Below, piece after piece: positions 37,370 through 47,651 of a stretch of 64,000 nucleotides of DNA. Under the pieces are notes generated by a model. It searched no databases and was not told the origin of the DNA. It worked only from the letters and a program-made list of their open reading frames with translations. The stretch's first letter is position 1, and each line of letters begins with the position of its first letter. Source of the DNA: an uncultured virus (IMG/VR IMGVR_UViG_3300005290_000006) (lineage: Duplodnaviria; Heunggongvirae; Uroviricota; Caudoviricetes); IMG/VR virus record IMGVR_UViG_3300005290_000006, positions 62,001 through 126,000 of that record, one strand, 5' to 3'. The translations under genes were made by a program, and so were the position numbers.

Positions 37370-38681
37370 TCCTGAGGTTCTTGCGAACGAGAAGTTGGCG
37401 GCCGAGATGGCTGCTATCAACGTGGTGACATCGACCGAACTGGTTGAAGCCGCTACGAACACTGGCGACCTGAACCGTTACCAGAACGAACTGGACAACG
37501 CGAAAGACCGTGTTCAGTCCGTGAAAGACACACTGCAAACGCTCAAGGCTCACGAGGTCACCCCGACCTTGGTTTCGATCCTCGACAACCAGCTGGACCG
37601 TTCGCAAGTACCTATCCAGCCGGCTGAAGGTATGAGCGCGGTAGAAGGCGTTGAAGCATTGGGTCTTACCCTGATGCCTAAAGACTACCTTCTGACGCGC
37701 CTGGTGGGCTGTGAGGGCTTCCTGGAAGACTTCTTCAAGAAGACGCGTGAAGTGTCGAGCCAGATGTCGATCAGTTTCCGCGAGACGTACATCCTGTTCA
37801 CCCAAAGCCAGGACTCTCTGGACAAGTCGGTGGACCTGCTGGAAAACTCGCTGAACACTTCCCCGCCATTCGAAAAGGATCGCGAGAAGATTCTCCTGGG
37901 CAATCGTCTGTTCAACCTGTTCAAGGTTAACGGTAAGGTCGACGAGAACTGGGTCGAGAACCTGAGCAAGCTGAGCCGTTCGCTGTCGGGGTTGAGCCAG
38001 AACTACTACCTCAACAACCGCAACCACCTGAACGCCACCCTGAGCTTCTTCGGCGGCTTTGACGGTAAGAACCAGGTCCAGGCTGAAGAGCGCTTCATGC
38101 TCCTGCCAACCTCGATCCCTTCCGAGCGCTTCAAAGAGTGCACCTACCCATGTCCTCAGCACTCCACGGCCGCGGCTAACGCCAAGCAGTCGGTTGAGCT
38201 GATGGGTGGTGCCTACTTCGTCGACATTCGTCAGAACCACGTGGACAAGGCTACCAAGTCTATCGGTGCGGTTGAAGACTTTGTTCAGCGCATGCTCGAC
38301 ATCGACATGACTGGCTTCGACAACTCCGCCCCAATGATCTTCCCGAAACTGGACTTCGAAATCAAGTCCCTGTCTTCGAGCCAGATCAAGGCTGTGGTCA
38401 AGATGCTGCGTGAAGTCCTCAAGGAATGGCGCAAGGTCTTCGACGGTGGCGAGAAGTTCAAGCTGGGTGAGTCGGATTACTCCGAGATCACCAAGGGCTT
38501 CTACGAGTCGGACATCAGCGACGAAATGAAAGACAAGCTCCTGACTACGTTCTCGGCCATCGTGCGGAAGAACCAAATGGAACTGCTGAACATCCGCACT
38601 GCGGTGAACGGCTACCTCGTCCTGATCGTTGCTGGGCTGATCGAGCTCTGCCACACTTCCATCAAGGTTAACACGCCTTAA
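37362..38681 (+). CDS. Internal head protein (gp92 position)
   Basis: Coiled-coil propeptide, EGVE/VGCE then GFLEDFFKK. Confidence 0.7.
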   Translation: MPSPEVLANEKLAAEMAAINVVTSTELVEAATNTGDLNRYQNELDNAKDRVQSVKDTLQTLKAHEVTPTLVSILDNQLDRSQVPIQPAEGMSAVEGVEALGLTLMPKDYLLTRLVGCEGFLEDFFKKTREVSSQMSISFRETYILFTQSQDSLDKSVDLLENSLNTSPPFEKDREKILLGNRLFNLFKVNGKVDENWVENLSKLSRSLSGLSQNYYLNNRNHLNATLSFFGGFDGKNQVQAEERFMLLPTSIPSERFKECTYPCPQHSTAAANAKQSVELMGGAYFVDIRQNHVDKATKSIGAVEDFVQRMLDIDMTGFDNSAPMIFPKLDFEIKSLSSSQIKAVVKMLREVLKEWRKVFDGGEKFKLGESDYSEITKGFYESDISDEMKDKLLTTFSAIVRKNQMELLNIRTAVNGYLVLIVAGLIELCHTSIKVNTP

Positions 38682-38700
38682 ATCAAGGTCGAGGTGGAAC

Positions 38701-39678
38701 ATGTCACAGATCCAACGTGATCTGACATCTGCCCTGGAACAGCACGTTCAATTGCTCCAAGCGAACAATGACGTGCTGAGTCTGGGTAAGCTGATGTCGA
38801 CCAGTCCCCATTCTGTAGCGGGGAACGAAGCTTTCGCTGACAGCATGAAAGAACTGGGTTCTGGCCTACTGAGCGTTACTATGTGGGTCGGTGGTAAGGC
38901 TTTGAACGCCTTTACCGCAGGCATTGAAGCGGCTGGGACCCAGCTGTCTAAGTCCTTCGACGACAACAAGACTTACATCAAGCGCTTGTTGGGTGACGTA
39001 GGCAAGAAGGATGAGCATGAACTGAAGCTCACTGCAACACAGGTGGCGATGATTACCTGCAAGGGTGACATCCACAGCATCTCCGGCGACATGGACGTGC
39101 TGATCAAACACCTGGAGCTTCTGGATAAACACAGCAAGGCGGTCCTGGATCATTTGGACGCCCAGCTGATTGCCGTGAAGAAACTCAAAGACGCCAAACA
39201 CACGGATGACGTCTTCGGGGTTATCGACGCGGTCGAGAAGTTGAAGTACCCGGCTTTCGCTGCATCGGCCACGCTGCCAGGCGGCAAGGAATGGACCTTT
39301 ACCAGCGGTGAGGATGATTCTCCGAAATATTCTATGTCGGGGGATACTCCTGCGGGCGAAGGTGGAAACCTTTCGTTGTCCAAATCCAGTGCGGCTGAAC
39401 TGCTGAACAAACTGGAGAAGGTCAATGTCCTTCACCAACGTGTCAAAGCTGCCTACGACAGCTATCTTGCTTTTATCAAGTCCTGGGCCGAAATGGTTAA
39501 GGGCGTTGACGAGAACTTGACCAAGCTGGAATACCGGGTAACGAAGTCTGCGTTGAAGGAAGCCGAGAAGCTTCTGGAAGGAAACCGCGGGGCGCTTGCA
39601 TTTTATAGTGGATTCACTCCGCGCGTGGTCGGATACACCGACCGGTACATTCATGGTGTACTGGGTGTTTTCGCTTAA
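38701..39678 (+). CDS. Internal head protein paralog
   Basis: VAGNEAF followed by an amphipathic helix. Confidence 0.7.
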   Translation: MSQIQRDLTSALEQHVQLLQANNDVLSLGKLMSTSPHSVAGNEAFADSMKELGSGLLSVTMWVGGKALNAFTAGIEAAGTQLSKSFDDNKTYIKRLLGDVGKKDEHELKLTATQVAMITCKGDIHSISGDMDVLIKHLELLDKHSKAVLDHLDAQLIAVKKLKDAKHTDDVFGVIDAVEKLKYPAFAASATLPGGKEWTFTSGEDDSPKYSMSGDTPAGEGGNLSLSKSSAAELLNKLEKVNVLHQRVKAAYDSYLAFIKSWAEMVKGVDENLTKLEYRVTKSALKEAEKLLEGNRGALAFYSGFTPRVVGYTDRYIHGVLGVFA

Positions 39679-39724
39679 TTGTTTATAAACAAACTCACTC
39701 GTTAACGAACAAGGGAAATACAAC

Positions 39725-40972
39725 ATGAGCATTCTGTCTCGCTGGAACGGCTTCGAAGAGCTGGAATTGAACGGCGGCACCCTGCCGGTCGAAGTAACCG
39801 CAGCTGCTGAAGATGCAGCCCGCGCCGAAGTGGCCGAAGTCCAGGTTGAACTGGAACAACAAGGCCAGGAAATCGAAGAACTGCGCGCCGAAGTGGCCAA
39901 CCAGGACGAAGCCCTGGAAGAAGTTCAAGAGCTGGTATCGGGCATGGAATCCATGCTGGGTTCGGGTTCTTTCCACTCGCAGTCTTTCGCCTCGCTGTAC
40001 AACCGTGCTGCCAAGCTGAACACCGTCCTGGGCGGCGCTTCCGTTGACCGTTGCGGTACCGAATCGATGACCGACGCTGCCACCGCGCTGGTCATGGCTC
40101 GCACCGGCATGGAATCCTTCATGGAAACCGTGAAGGGCTACGCGAAGAAAGCGATCGAAGTGATCAAGCACATCTTCAACACCATCATCAACTTCTTCGT
40201 GGGCCTGGTTAACGCCGCCGAGAAGCTGGACCGTCGCGCTACCCAGATCGGCGAGCGTCTCGAGAAAACCGAGAAGCTGAAAGAAAAGGTCAAGCTGGGC
40301 GGCTGGAACGTGCTCTTCGACTACGAGAAGCATGGCCTGGCTGAAGGCACTGAAGGCTGGGGCACTACCCTGGGCGCTCTGCGTGGTTTCGCTGACGTTG
40401 CCAGCGACGTGAACAAGGTGTCGGTTGCTTCGTTCAACTCGGCCTACGGCAGCCTGGTTTCGGCCATCAAAGGCGACGCCAAGAAAGACGTCGGCGCCGC
40501 CGAGAAGTCGGAAGGCGACAAGAAAGTCCTGATCGGCATGAGCGCTGGTATCCGCGTCCACGCCGAGATGAAAGACGGCAGCGCGAAAGACCTGGCTGAA
40601 GCAGCTGAAATGGCTCGTTCCGTCAAGCTGTTCTTCGGCACCGGCGACGCCAAGAAGCTGACCAGCGGTGAATCCGCTCCGAAAGCTGACAAGGCCAAAC
40701 TGAAATCGGCTCTGGCCGAAGTCAAGGCAATCGCCAGCCAGCTGCGTTCCGACAAAGTTTCGGCGGCCTTCTCGAAGTCCGTTCGCGACAAAGTCATCGG
40801 CACCTTGAACGTCGTGAAAGCGGACGACAAGGAAAAAGAGAAAGAAGTGAACGCTCAGGTTGCACTGGTTCGCGCCGTGTACTCCAGCGCCTCTTCGGCC
40901 ACTCAAGCCGTCAACAAGCAACTGGTTCGCTGCGCGAACTGGACTTGCGACGCGGTCGCTGCACACATCTAA
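39725..40972 (+). CDS. Abundant internal head protein (gp93-type paralog)
   Basis: Acidic propeptide with GFE/GME/GTE/GME then SFMETVKGYAKKAIEVIKHIFNTIINFF; very strong codon bias. Confidence 0.75.
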   Translation: MSILSRWNGFEELELNGGTLPVEVTAAAEDAARAEVAEVQVELEQQGQEIEELRAEVANQDEALEEVQELVSGMESMLGSGSFHSQSFASLYNRAAKLNTVLGGASVDRCGTESMTDAATALVMARTGMESFMETVKGYAKKAIEVIKHIFNTIINFFVGLVNAAEKLDRRATQIGERLEKTEKLKEKVKLGGWNVLFDYEKHGLAEGTEGWGTTLGALRGFADVASDVNKVSVASFNSAYGSLVSAIKGDAKKDVGAAEKSEGDKKVLIGMSAGIRVHAEMKDGSAKDLAEAAEMARSVKLFFGTGDAKKLTSGESAPKADKAKLKSALAEVKAIASQLRSDKVSAAFSKSVRDKVIGTLNVVKADDKEKEKEVNAQVALVRAVYSSASSATQAVNKQLVRCANWTCDAVAAHI

Positions 40973-41004
40973 CCCTCACCGGTTAAGTTGCTGATGTAGA
41001 GAAA

Positions 41005-41037
41005 CTAAACGCCCTGGGTTCTGCCCTGGGCGTTTAG
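41005..41037 (+). terminator. Stem-loop
   Basis: ctaaacgccc..gggcgtttag. Confidence 0.7.
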
Positions 41038-41110
41038 CCTCTATGCCGCATTTTCATTTTTAGGGGATGCTATAGGCACGTTCTATTATCCACCGACAAG
41101 GGGTTTCCTT

Positions 41111-42133
41111 ATGTCCATTTCTGATAGTCCCCGTTTTATCAATACCCCCACGTTGTTGGAGGAGTACAACGAGGACCAAAAAGGTTACGACCAAGCGATT
41201 GATGGGGATACCATTATCGAGCTGAGTCATGAGTACAAGGCTGTGGCAGGTAACGAAGAGTTCTACAAAGTCCTTCTGACCAACATGACTTCCCGTCAAG
41301 GTGAAGTAGCGGGTAACGAAGGTTTCATGGAAACCATGAAGAAGGGTGCGACTTCTGTTATCCAGGCAGTCAAGGATTTCTTCAAGTGGCTCTTCTCCTT
41401 CTTTACTGGGAAGAAAGAGATCGCTGAACGCAAGGTGATGACCCTTACCTTGGAGATCGAAAAGAATGGCGTGATCACTGACCCCATTCCTTACCCGGCC
41501 TCCTACACCAACGTTTACCCGAAGACCGGTATTACGGCTAACAACCTGGCGTGGCTCATGCCGGCGCTGGCGGACATCGAAGCAGCCATGAAGCGTGTTG
41601 AGAAATACGTGGGTGTGGTTGAGAAGACTTGTAACGTCTTGGTGGCTGACATCACCATGACCGGTGTAGACGAAGGGAAACTCAAATCGTCTATCGTCGC
41701 TTTTATCAAGGAAAGTCAAGAAGCCCTCGGTGTTAAAGAGCTGAACAAGCCAACTGAGTTCTTCGGTCTGAATGACTTCCAGATGGATGGCAGCGGTAAG
41801 ATCAAAGAACTCCCGGATCCACCGAACACCACCAAGGATCCAAAGTTCCGCACCGACCAAACCCAGGTCCTCACCATCCTGAAGAAACAACAGGAACTGG
41901 TGAAAGCAGCGGACACCATGGTGGGTAATACGACCAAGCTGGAAAAGGTGTTCATCAAGGGCCTCAACAGCTCGCTGCAAGGCACCAAAGAAAAACCACA
42001 GGTCAAAGCCGCTGAAGATCTTCAAGAGATCGTCCGTCACGTCATGGCGAACCTGAAGATCATGGAGATGGCTGTGTTCCGCGCTATCTTCGCCACCACC
42101 GACCTCCTCTCCGCCACTGTCAAGAAAGGTTGA
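41111..42133 (+). CDS. Internal head protein paralog
   Basis: VAGNE twice then GFMETMKKGATSVIQAVKDFFKWLFSFF. Confidence 0.75.
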   Translation: MSISDSPRFINTPTLLEEYNEDQKGYDQAIDGDTIIELSHEYKAVAGNEEFYKVLLTNMTSRQGEVAGNEGFMETMKKGATSVIQAVKDFFKWLFSFFTGKKEIAERKVMTLTLEIEKNGVITDPIPYPASYTNVYPKTGITANNLAWLMPALADIEAAMKRVEKYVGVVEKTCNVLVADITMTGVDEGKLKSSIVAFIKESQEALGVKELNKPTEFFGLNDFQMDGSGKIKELPDPPNTTKDPKFRTDQTQVLTILKKQQELVKAADTMVGNTTKLEKVFIKGLNSSLQGTKEKPQVKAAEDLQEIVRHVMANLKIMEMAVFRAIFATTDLLSATVKKG

Positions 42134-42137
42134 CCCC

Positions 42138-42626
42138 ATGCGTCTCAATCTGTTGAACCAAACTGTTATTGTGGCGGCTGCGGTTGCCAAGGCTGGATTG
42201 GTGGGCATGAACCCCCGCTTCGGCGCCACCACCGCTGTAAACGACCGTGCGTTTAAGTACGCGGTAACGGGTGACGTGTCCAACGCTGTCATGATTGAAC
42301 GGGTGAGTCTGAACGAACTGTTCGACAAGATCCCGCAAGACATCACCGGTTTTACTTTCGACACCCCTGTTCTTCTGGTTGCCGACGTGCATGAAAAGCT
42401 GGGTGTGGATTTCGCTGTACAGGAATCCCCGGTGGACATGCTGGCGTTTGAAGAGATCGGTCCTGAGGACGCGCTGGGCGAACTCTTCCTTAAATGGAAG
42501 CGCGTGGTGGGGCTGAGCGACTTGAAACGCTCTGAAGTGGACCTCAGCACGTTTGAGGACTACATGTACATCGATGCCCGTAACGCTGTGCTGTTTAAAG
42601 GCACCGTGCAAGTCAAAATCAAATAA
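42138..42626 (+). CDS. Hypothetical (virion?) protein
   Basis: AAAGG RBS; 162 aa. Confidence 0.7.
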   Translation: MRLNLLNQTVIVAAAVAKAGLVGMNPRFGATTAVNDRAFKYAVTGDVSNAVMIERVSLNELFDKIPQDITGFTFDTPVLLVADVHEKLGVDFAVQESPVDMLAFEEIGPEDALGELFLKWKRVVGLSDLKRSEVDLSTFEDYMYIDARNAVLFKGTVQVKIK

Positions 42627-42636
42627 GGGGTCCGAC

Positions 42637-44049
42637 ATGGGTCTTTTCATTCAGTTGCACCTCTTGGGGTTGATGATCATCACCAAGGTATTGGAAATCG
42701 ACAAGAGCGCTCACCCGGTCTTGGCCAAGGTATTGGAGTCGCTGGGGATCTACGACGACACCCGGCCCATGACGGCGGATGAAGTCAAGAACTGCTTCTA
42801 CATGGTGCTCTCCGCGCTGGGGAAGAAGTTCACGTACTACGACGCCAATGAGCTGAAAGTCAATTGGATGCTCAACGACTACCTTCTGAATCTCTACTAC
42901 GACATGCGTAATGGGATCTATGAACGACCCAAGACGATCGCCATGACTATCTGCGGGTGTGGCAATCGCGGCGGTACCATGGATCAGACGTCAGGCGTCA
43001 TGAAGTTTGTGGAAGAAGTCCAGTTCGTGTTCGAGAAGTTGGAGAAGTTCCACGCTGGCGAAGATGACTTTGGTACCGAGATCCTGAACAGTTATGTCCG
43101 TAAGCTGGAATACATCGAGAAAGTGCTCGAGCTTACTGACGTGTTCGTTGCCGGTCGCTTGGGTGCCATGGCGGGTACGCCTGAGTATTCCGAGGCGCAG
43201 CTGGCAGACATCGGTGAGATCCCGGATCCTGACTTCGATATCGATGGTCTGGCATGCAGCGGTAGCACTGGCTGCCTGTGCGGGTGCACCATGGATCACC
43301 CTCTGAAGGTTATTCAGGGTATGGAGGACTTCCTCAATGGGGTTGAATCCTCTGACCGCGACTACTTCGTTGGGGTGGCTGGGGCGAACAACATTCGTCT
43401 GGAAGGCTACACCGGTAACGAGGGTCCTGTCTTCGATGCCATCAAGGATGTGGGCGAGAAAGCCTGGAATGCACTCTCGGCTTCGTTGAAAGCGATTAAG
43501 GAGATGTTCTCCTCCAGTGACTCCTCTGCAAAAGTGGAGGCTGCTGAAGAAGCCGCTGACAACAACAAGAAAGCCCTGGCCGCGATGAAAGACACTGCGG
43601 CTGTCATCAACGACAAAGCACGTCAAGGCATCCAGACCCTGGCAGACACCATTGACCCGACCGGGAAGATCAAGAACCTGGTGAGTCAACTGCGTACGCC
43701 TAAGGACGCCCCTAAGGTGATCGACGCGTTGATGGGACTCATGGCCAAGGAAGCAACCAACAACGGCTCTGTGGGCAAGCAGCTGGATACGGCGGCTACC
43801 TCCATCTCTGATCTGAAGTCGGCTACGGCTGCTGCGTCGGGTGATGAGTCGAACAAGGACGTGGTTGCTGCCAAGAAGTCCAAGGTCAATGACAAGGTCA
43901 AGGCCAGTAAGGAAGCCATCAAGGACGTCAAGTTCGAACTGGCTGCTCACAGCAAGCTGATGGACGGTATCAAGAAAGCCATTACCGGGATCAGCCCAAA
44001 GATTTTCATTGTCGACAAATCTAAGGACGAGGGGAACAAAGATGAATAA
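42637..44049 (+). CDS. Internal head protein with Cys-rich N-terminal half (start 42637 or 42673)
   Basis: CGCG and CSGSTGCLCGC; QGME/TGNE sites followed by an amphipathic helix. Confidence 0.7.
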   Translation: MGLFIQLHLLGLMIITKVLEIDKSAHPVLAKVLESLGIYDDTRPMTADEVKNCFYMVLSALGKKFTYYDANELKVNWMLNDYLLNLYYDMRNGIYERPKTIAMTICGCGNRGGTMDQTSGVMKFVEEVQFVFEKLEKFHAGEDDFGTEILNSYVRKLEYIEKVLELTDVFVAGRLGAMAGTPEYSEAQLADIGEIPDPDFDIDGLACSGSTGCLCGCTMDHPLKVIQGMEDFLNGVESSDRDYFVGVAGANNIRLEGYTGNEGPVFDAIKDVGEKAWNALSASLKAIKEMFSSSDSSAKVEAAEEAADNNKKALAAMKDTAAVINDKARQGIQTLADTIDPTGKIKNLVSQLRTPKDAPKVIDALMGLMAKEATNNGSVGKQLDTAATSISDLKSATAAASGDESNKDVVAAKKSKVNDKVKASKEAIKDVKFELAAHSKLMDGIKKAITGISPKIFIVDKSKDEGNKDE

Positions 44050-44770
44050 TGTACATCCCCGTATCCTGGGGTCGATTCTGGCTCGCTTGCAGGAAGGGTC
44101 AGTTATCAAGTCTGCCAAGTCGGTCTCTGCCGATAACTCCGTGTTCGAAGTAGAGCAGGGCGGAGCTACTCGTGAGCTGACTGTACCGAAGGTGGACGTT
44201 TCTACCTACCTGGCGGGTCAGACCATCGAGATCGTGGCCAAGGCTGGTGATCGCTGGGAAACCATCATGGAACGCGTGTCGGCCAAATACCGGCTGTTCC
44301 TGGTGCCGGGTGTTGACTACACGACGGACACCGCCAAGGTTGAGTTCAGTGAAGCGGACTCCGCTGTGAAGATGTACGAGGTGTTGCCAGACAGCATCAG
44401 CCTGAAAGGCAGCATCACGGTCAAAGCCATCTGTGGTACACAGCGTGCGCGTCCTGCGATTGCCGTATGCTGTGCGTTGGATGAACAGAAGACTCAACTG
44501 GCTTTGGTTAGCAAGGTCTTCCCTGCCCATGAAGTGATCCTCATTGGTCCAGGTGGTCTCCCTGCTGGTTTCTGCGACGGTTTAATCGAACACCTGACAG
44601 ACTTGGGCATTGAATTCATTCCGAGTGCTCAAGACCTGGCAGGGGCTGAAGTGATCGATCTGATCAACGACGGGGTGTCTGATCTCGCTATCGTGAAGAC
44701 GGCCAGCGAGCAGATGTGGTTCGTACGCTATCGACTCCTGTCCGCCAGTGGTGAAGACTCAGCCGGTTAA
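44042..44770 (+). CDS. Putative virion structural protein
   Basis: GAGGGG RBS before ATG 44042. Confidence 0.65.
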   Translation: MNNVHPRILGSILARLQEGSVIKSAKSVSADNSVFEVEQGGATRELTVPKVDVSTYLAGQTIEIVAKAGDRWETIMERVSAKYRLFLVPGVDYTTDTAKVEFSEADSAVKMYEVLPDSISLKGSITVKAICGTQRARPAIAVCCALDEQKTQLALVSKVFPAHEVILIGPGGLPAGFCDGLIEHLTDLGIEFIPSAQDLAGAEVIDLINDGVSDLAIVKTASEQMWFVRYRLLSASGEDSAG

Positions 44771-44781
44771 CAGGCATAACA

Positions 44782-44809
44782 CCAGTATGGAGGTTGCCCT
44801 CCATACTGG
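44782..44809 (+). terminator. Stem-loop
   Basis: ccagtatggagg-ttgc-cctccatactgg. Confidence 0.7.
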
Positions 44810-44838
44810 ATTCGTTCATTCGTAAACGGGAATTCGAC

Positions 44839-46362
44839 ATGCTCGAAACTTTCATTGAGTCGGAGGAAGATTACAATGCTTTCTTCAGACCAGCTATCCA
44901 CGATTCCATCCGTCAAGTTCTCAAGTTCTACGGATTGAACAGCGGTAACCAAATCTATTTCAACGGTGAGAACGAGATCACGCCTTTGGTGGGTAGTCTC
45001 GCCACTGACGACGTCCGTTCTACTCGTTACACGGACGGTGTGTTCCGGAACAAGATCTTCGTCACCGCTGAGGTTGAGCAACACGAGTTCAACTCCGGCA
45101 ACAGTAACCAGCGCCGCATGGAGACTGAACTCCCGACGTGGTCTGATGGTGGCGAGCTTCCGCTAATTCTCACACCTTCTTTCGAAGGACGTCGTATTAC
45201 GGTAGGGGTAACTGCTTACTTTAATAGCCGGACCCTGGCCAAACAGTTCGTCAACAAGATCAACCGCCTGCAAGCCAACCAAATGGTCGAGATGAACTTC
45301 TCCGCCACGGTACACTTGTTGATCAACCCACAGATCATCGAGTTCTTCAAGAAGGTGCACGCGCTGCTGGTTCAGTGGAACCCTGCCACTCCTGAACTGC
45401 CGGATTGGTTTGATGCAGGCTGCCGAGCACCTATCACCACCATCGCCAACCGTATCGGCAACTTCGCCCGCATGGTTCAGCCGATGAAGTTGGACAACAT
45501 CGGTATCCGCTTTAATGATCCGGAAACCAAGTTGGCACGTAAGGCTGAAGTGTTCGGTAAGTACGAAGTCACACTCAGTTACAACTTCTTCTTCCAAGAG
45601 TTCATTGGGTGGGAGTTGCAGTACCCGCTGATGGTTTACCAAAGCCAGATCCCGGAGGAGTTTATCCCTGCTCCCCAGGAACAGCACACCAAGCAGTTCA
45701 ACAAACGAGTGGCTCCAGAGGTGGCCTTCGCTGCGTCGTTCGCTTTCCCTGACCGGTCGATCCAAGTTCCTTATTACGTCAAGCTGCCTGAGCATGACCC
45801 GTGGAAGTGGAAGTTCCAGGATTGGATCCAGCCAGTTCTTCAAGCGCGCTGCACAGTTGAGGATGTCCCGACTCCACAGATCGGTGGCAACATCTTTGAC
45901 CTCCCAGGTTACGTGTGGAATGAAAAGGTCAAGGCTTACATGCTGCGTCGTCGTGAGTGGGCGTTCAGTCATACCCACACGCCGTTCTTGGTACAAGTCT
46001 ACAGTGGCGATCGTAAAGTTCACGCACCTCAGCTGTCTATGGACGAGACTGGGCTTATAACGCTCTCCAGGCCCCCTGAGATGAAGAACACGTATCGAAT
46101 CGTTGTAACCCTCGACTGGGCGATCCGCGACTACTCTGACGCGTTCTGGGATGATATACGGAATAACCGGGATGACTGGCCGGTGGTGGAATCGATCTTC
46201 CCGTTCTACGACTGGGATCAGTACCCAGACGGCTGGATTCATCACCTGGACGAAATCCGGGCGGACATCGCTAAAGGCTGGGGTCGCATTGGTCACCGCA
46301 TTAACAACTACATGATGAACTTGGACCTTGTGGCCTTTAACCTCCTTGAGGAGAAGAAATAA
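44839..46362 (+). CDS. Conserved virion protein, probable neck/tail-junction component (gp98 position)
   Basis: First ATG after the hairpin; synteny. Confidence 0.6.
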   Translation: MLETFIESEEDYNAFFRPAIHDSIRQVLKFYGLNSGNQIYFNGENEITPLVGSLATDDVRSTRYTDGVFRNKIFVTAEVEQHEFNSGNSNQRRMETELPTWSDGGELPLILTPSFEGRRITVGVTAYFNSRTLAKQFVNKINRLQANQMVEMNFSATVHLLINPQIIEFFKKVHALLVQWNPATPELPDWFDAGCRAPITTIANRIGNFARMVQPMKLDNIGIRFNDPETKLARKAEVFGKYEVTLSYNFFFQEFIGWELQYPLMVYQSQIPEEFIPAPQEQHTKQFNKRVAPEVAFAASFAFPDRSIQVPYYVKLPEHDPWKWKFQDWIQPVLQARCTVEDVPTPQIGGNIFDLPGYVWNEKVKAYMLRRREWAFSHTHTPFLVQVYSGDRKVHAPQLSMDETGLITLSRPPEMKNTYRIVVTLDWAIRDYSDAFWDDIRNNRDDWPVVESIFPFYDWDQYPDGWIHHLDEIRADIAKGWGRIGHRINNYMMNLDLVAFNLLEEKK

Positions 46363-47651
46363 TGTCATTCGCCATCACACCACTGGGGAAGGAAGTTGAA
46401 CCTACCCCAGAAGTGCCCAAGATTTACAGCGACACGTACAAACACTCCATCGTGGACTCTTCCTTTCAGCCTGAGCGCAGCATGCTCAGTATGGTGGACG
46501 GTGCACCCCGTATGGGTGAGTACTACCGTTGCTTCCTGAACGCGGGTGAGGAATCCACTCCCTTCGCACCAGGCAACACCGGCACCTACCAAAGCTACGA
46601 ACGCATCCACAAGTGCATCATCAAGCAAGAAGGGGACGGAGCGTTTAACTTCAACCCTGAGAACGCTGAAAGCACCAAGATCTTCAACGGTTGGGCGATC
46701 AATCAGCTGGCGCCTATCCGCAACGACGTAGTGATCTTCGACATTGGTGATGGTAACGCCGGCCTCTTTGCGGTCACCGAACAACCTGAGCCTCGGAACA
46801 TCACGGCTAATAAGGTCTGGTACATCACGTACCAATTCCTGTGCATCGTCACGGAAGAGATCTACCAGCTGTTGAATGCCCGGGTTGTTGAAGAATTTGT
46901 CTACGACAAAGACGCCGCGTTGCACTCCAGCGCCGACATCATCAGCACGGGTGACTACCAGCTCGGTCAGGACCTGTTCCGCTGGAAAGGCACCATCGCC
47001 AACTATCTGATGCGAGAGTTCTACTGGAACCCAGAGAAGACTATCGTCTACGACACTGCTGGCGATGAGAAAGTGTACGACCAGTACTTGGTGAGTTTCA
47101 TCAAGGCAGTACTCCCGGCCGAACTCCAGACCACGTACCCGTTCATCAACGAGTTCTCGGTGCAGTACGGTGGTTTGGATCGGGGTTACCACGGCACGAT
47201 CAACATCTGGGAAGTGCTGCTACGCGGTGACTTCAACCTGCTGAGGATCTGTGACAACAAAGCCGCCATGATCCAGACCACGCGTCTGGCCAACACCCGG
47301 TTGTACGGCAACCTGCGTTCCAGCAAGATCAAGTGGTTCATCGCCACCGACCCAGAGAACTACAAGCTGTATAAGCAGTACTTCAACATGGACGGGTATC
47401 CAATCCAGTTGCCGTCTACGGAAAGTACGTTCTCGGGTTACGTGTTCTCGGAAGCCTTCTTCAATGGCACCACCGAAGACCCATTCGAATTACTGGTCTT
47501 CTCGATCTTGCGCGACAAGGTTGTAGACAAGAAGAAACTCCTGGCTTACTGCGAGGGGTACTTCGACCTCGAGAAGAATAAACAACTTTACCACGGCGCG
47601 ATTCTGATGCTCCTACTGGAGGTCAGCCGTAAGCTAGGAAATCCTCTATGA
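46362..47651 (+). CDS. Neck protein, T4 gp14-like (gp99 position)
   Basis: PIRNDVVIFDIGDGNAGLFAVTE resembles the P-x-x-GDLIYF..LFEI motif of head-completion proteins. Confidence 0.55.
   Translation: MSFAITPLGKEVEPTPEVPKIYSDTYKHSIVDSSFQPERSMLSMVDGAPRMGEYYRCFLNAGEESTPFAPGNTGTYQSYERIHKCIIKQEGDGAFNFNPENAESTKIFNGWAINQLAPIRNDVVIFDIGDGNAGLFAVTEQPEPRNITANKVWYITYQFLCIVTEEIYQLLNARVVEEFVYDKDAALHSSADIISTGDYQLGQDLFRWKGTIANYLMREFYWNPEKTIVYDTAGDEKVYDQYLVSFIKAVLPAELQTTYPFINEFSVQYGGLDRGYHGTINIWEVLLRGDFNLLRICDNKAAMIQTTRLANTRLYGNLRSSKIKWFIATDPENYKLYKQYFNMDGYPIQLPSTESTFSGYVFSEAFFNGTTEDPFELLVFSILRDKVVDKKKLLAYCEGYFDLEKNKQLYHGAILMLLLEVSRKLGNPL

Noticed and set aside
44794..44838. TTG start given in the ORF track
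   Set aside because: It lies in the loop of a strong hairpin; ATG 44839 is more plausible.
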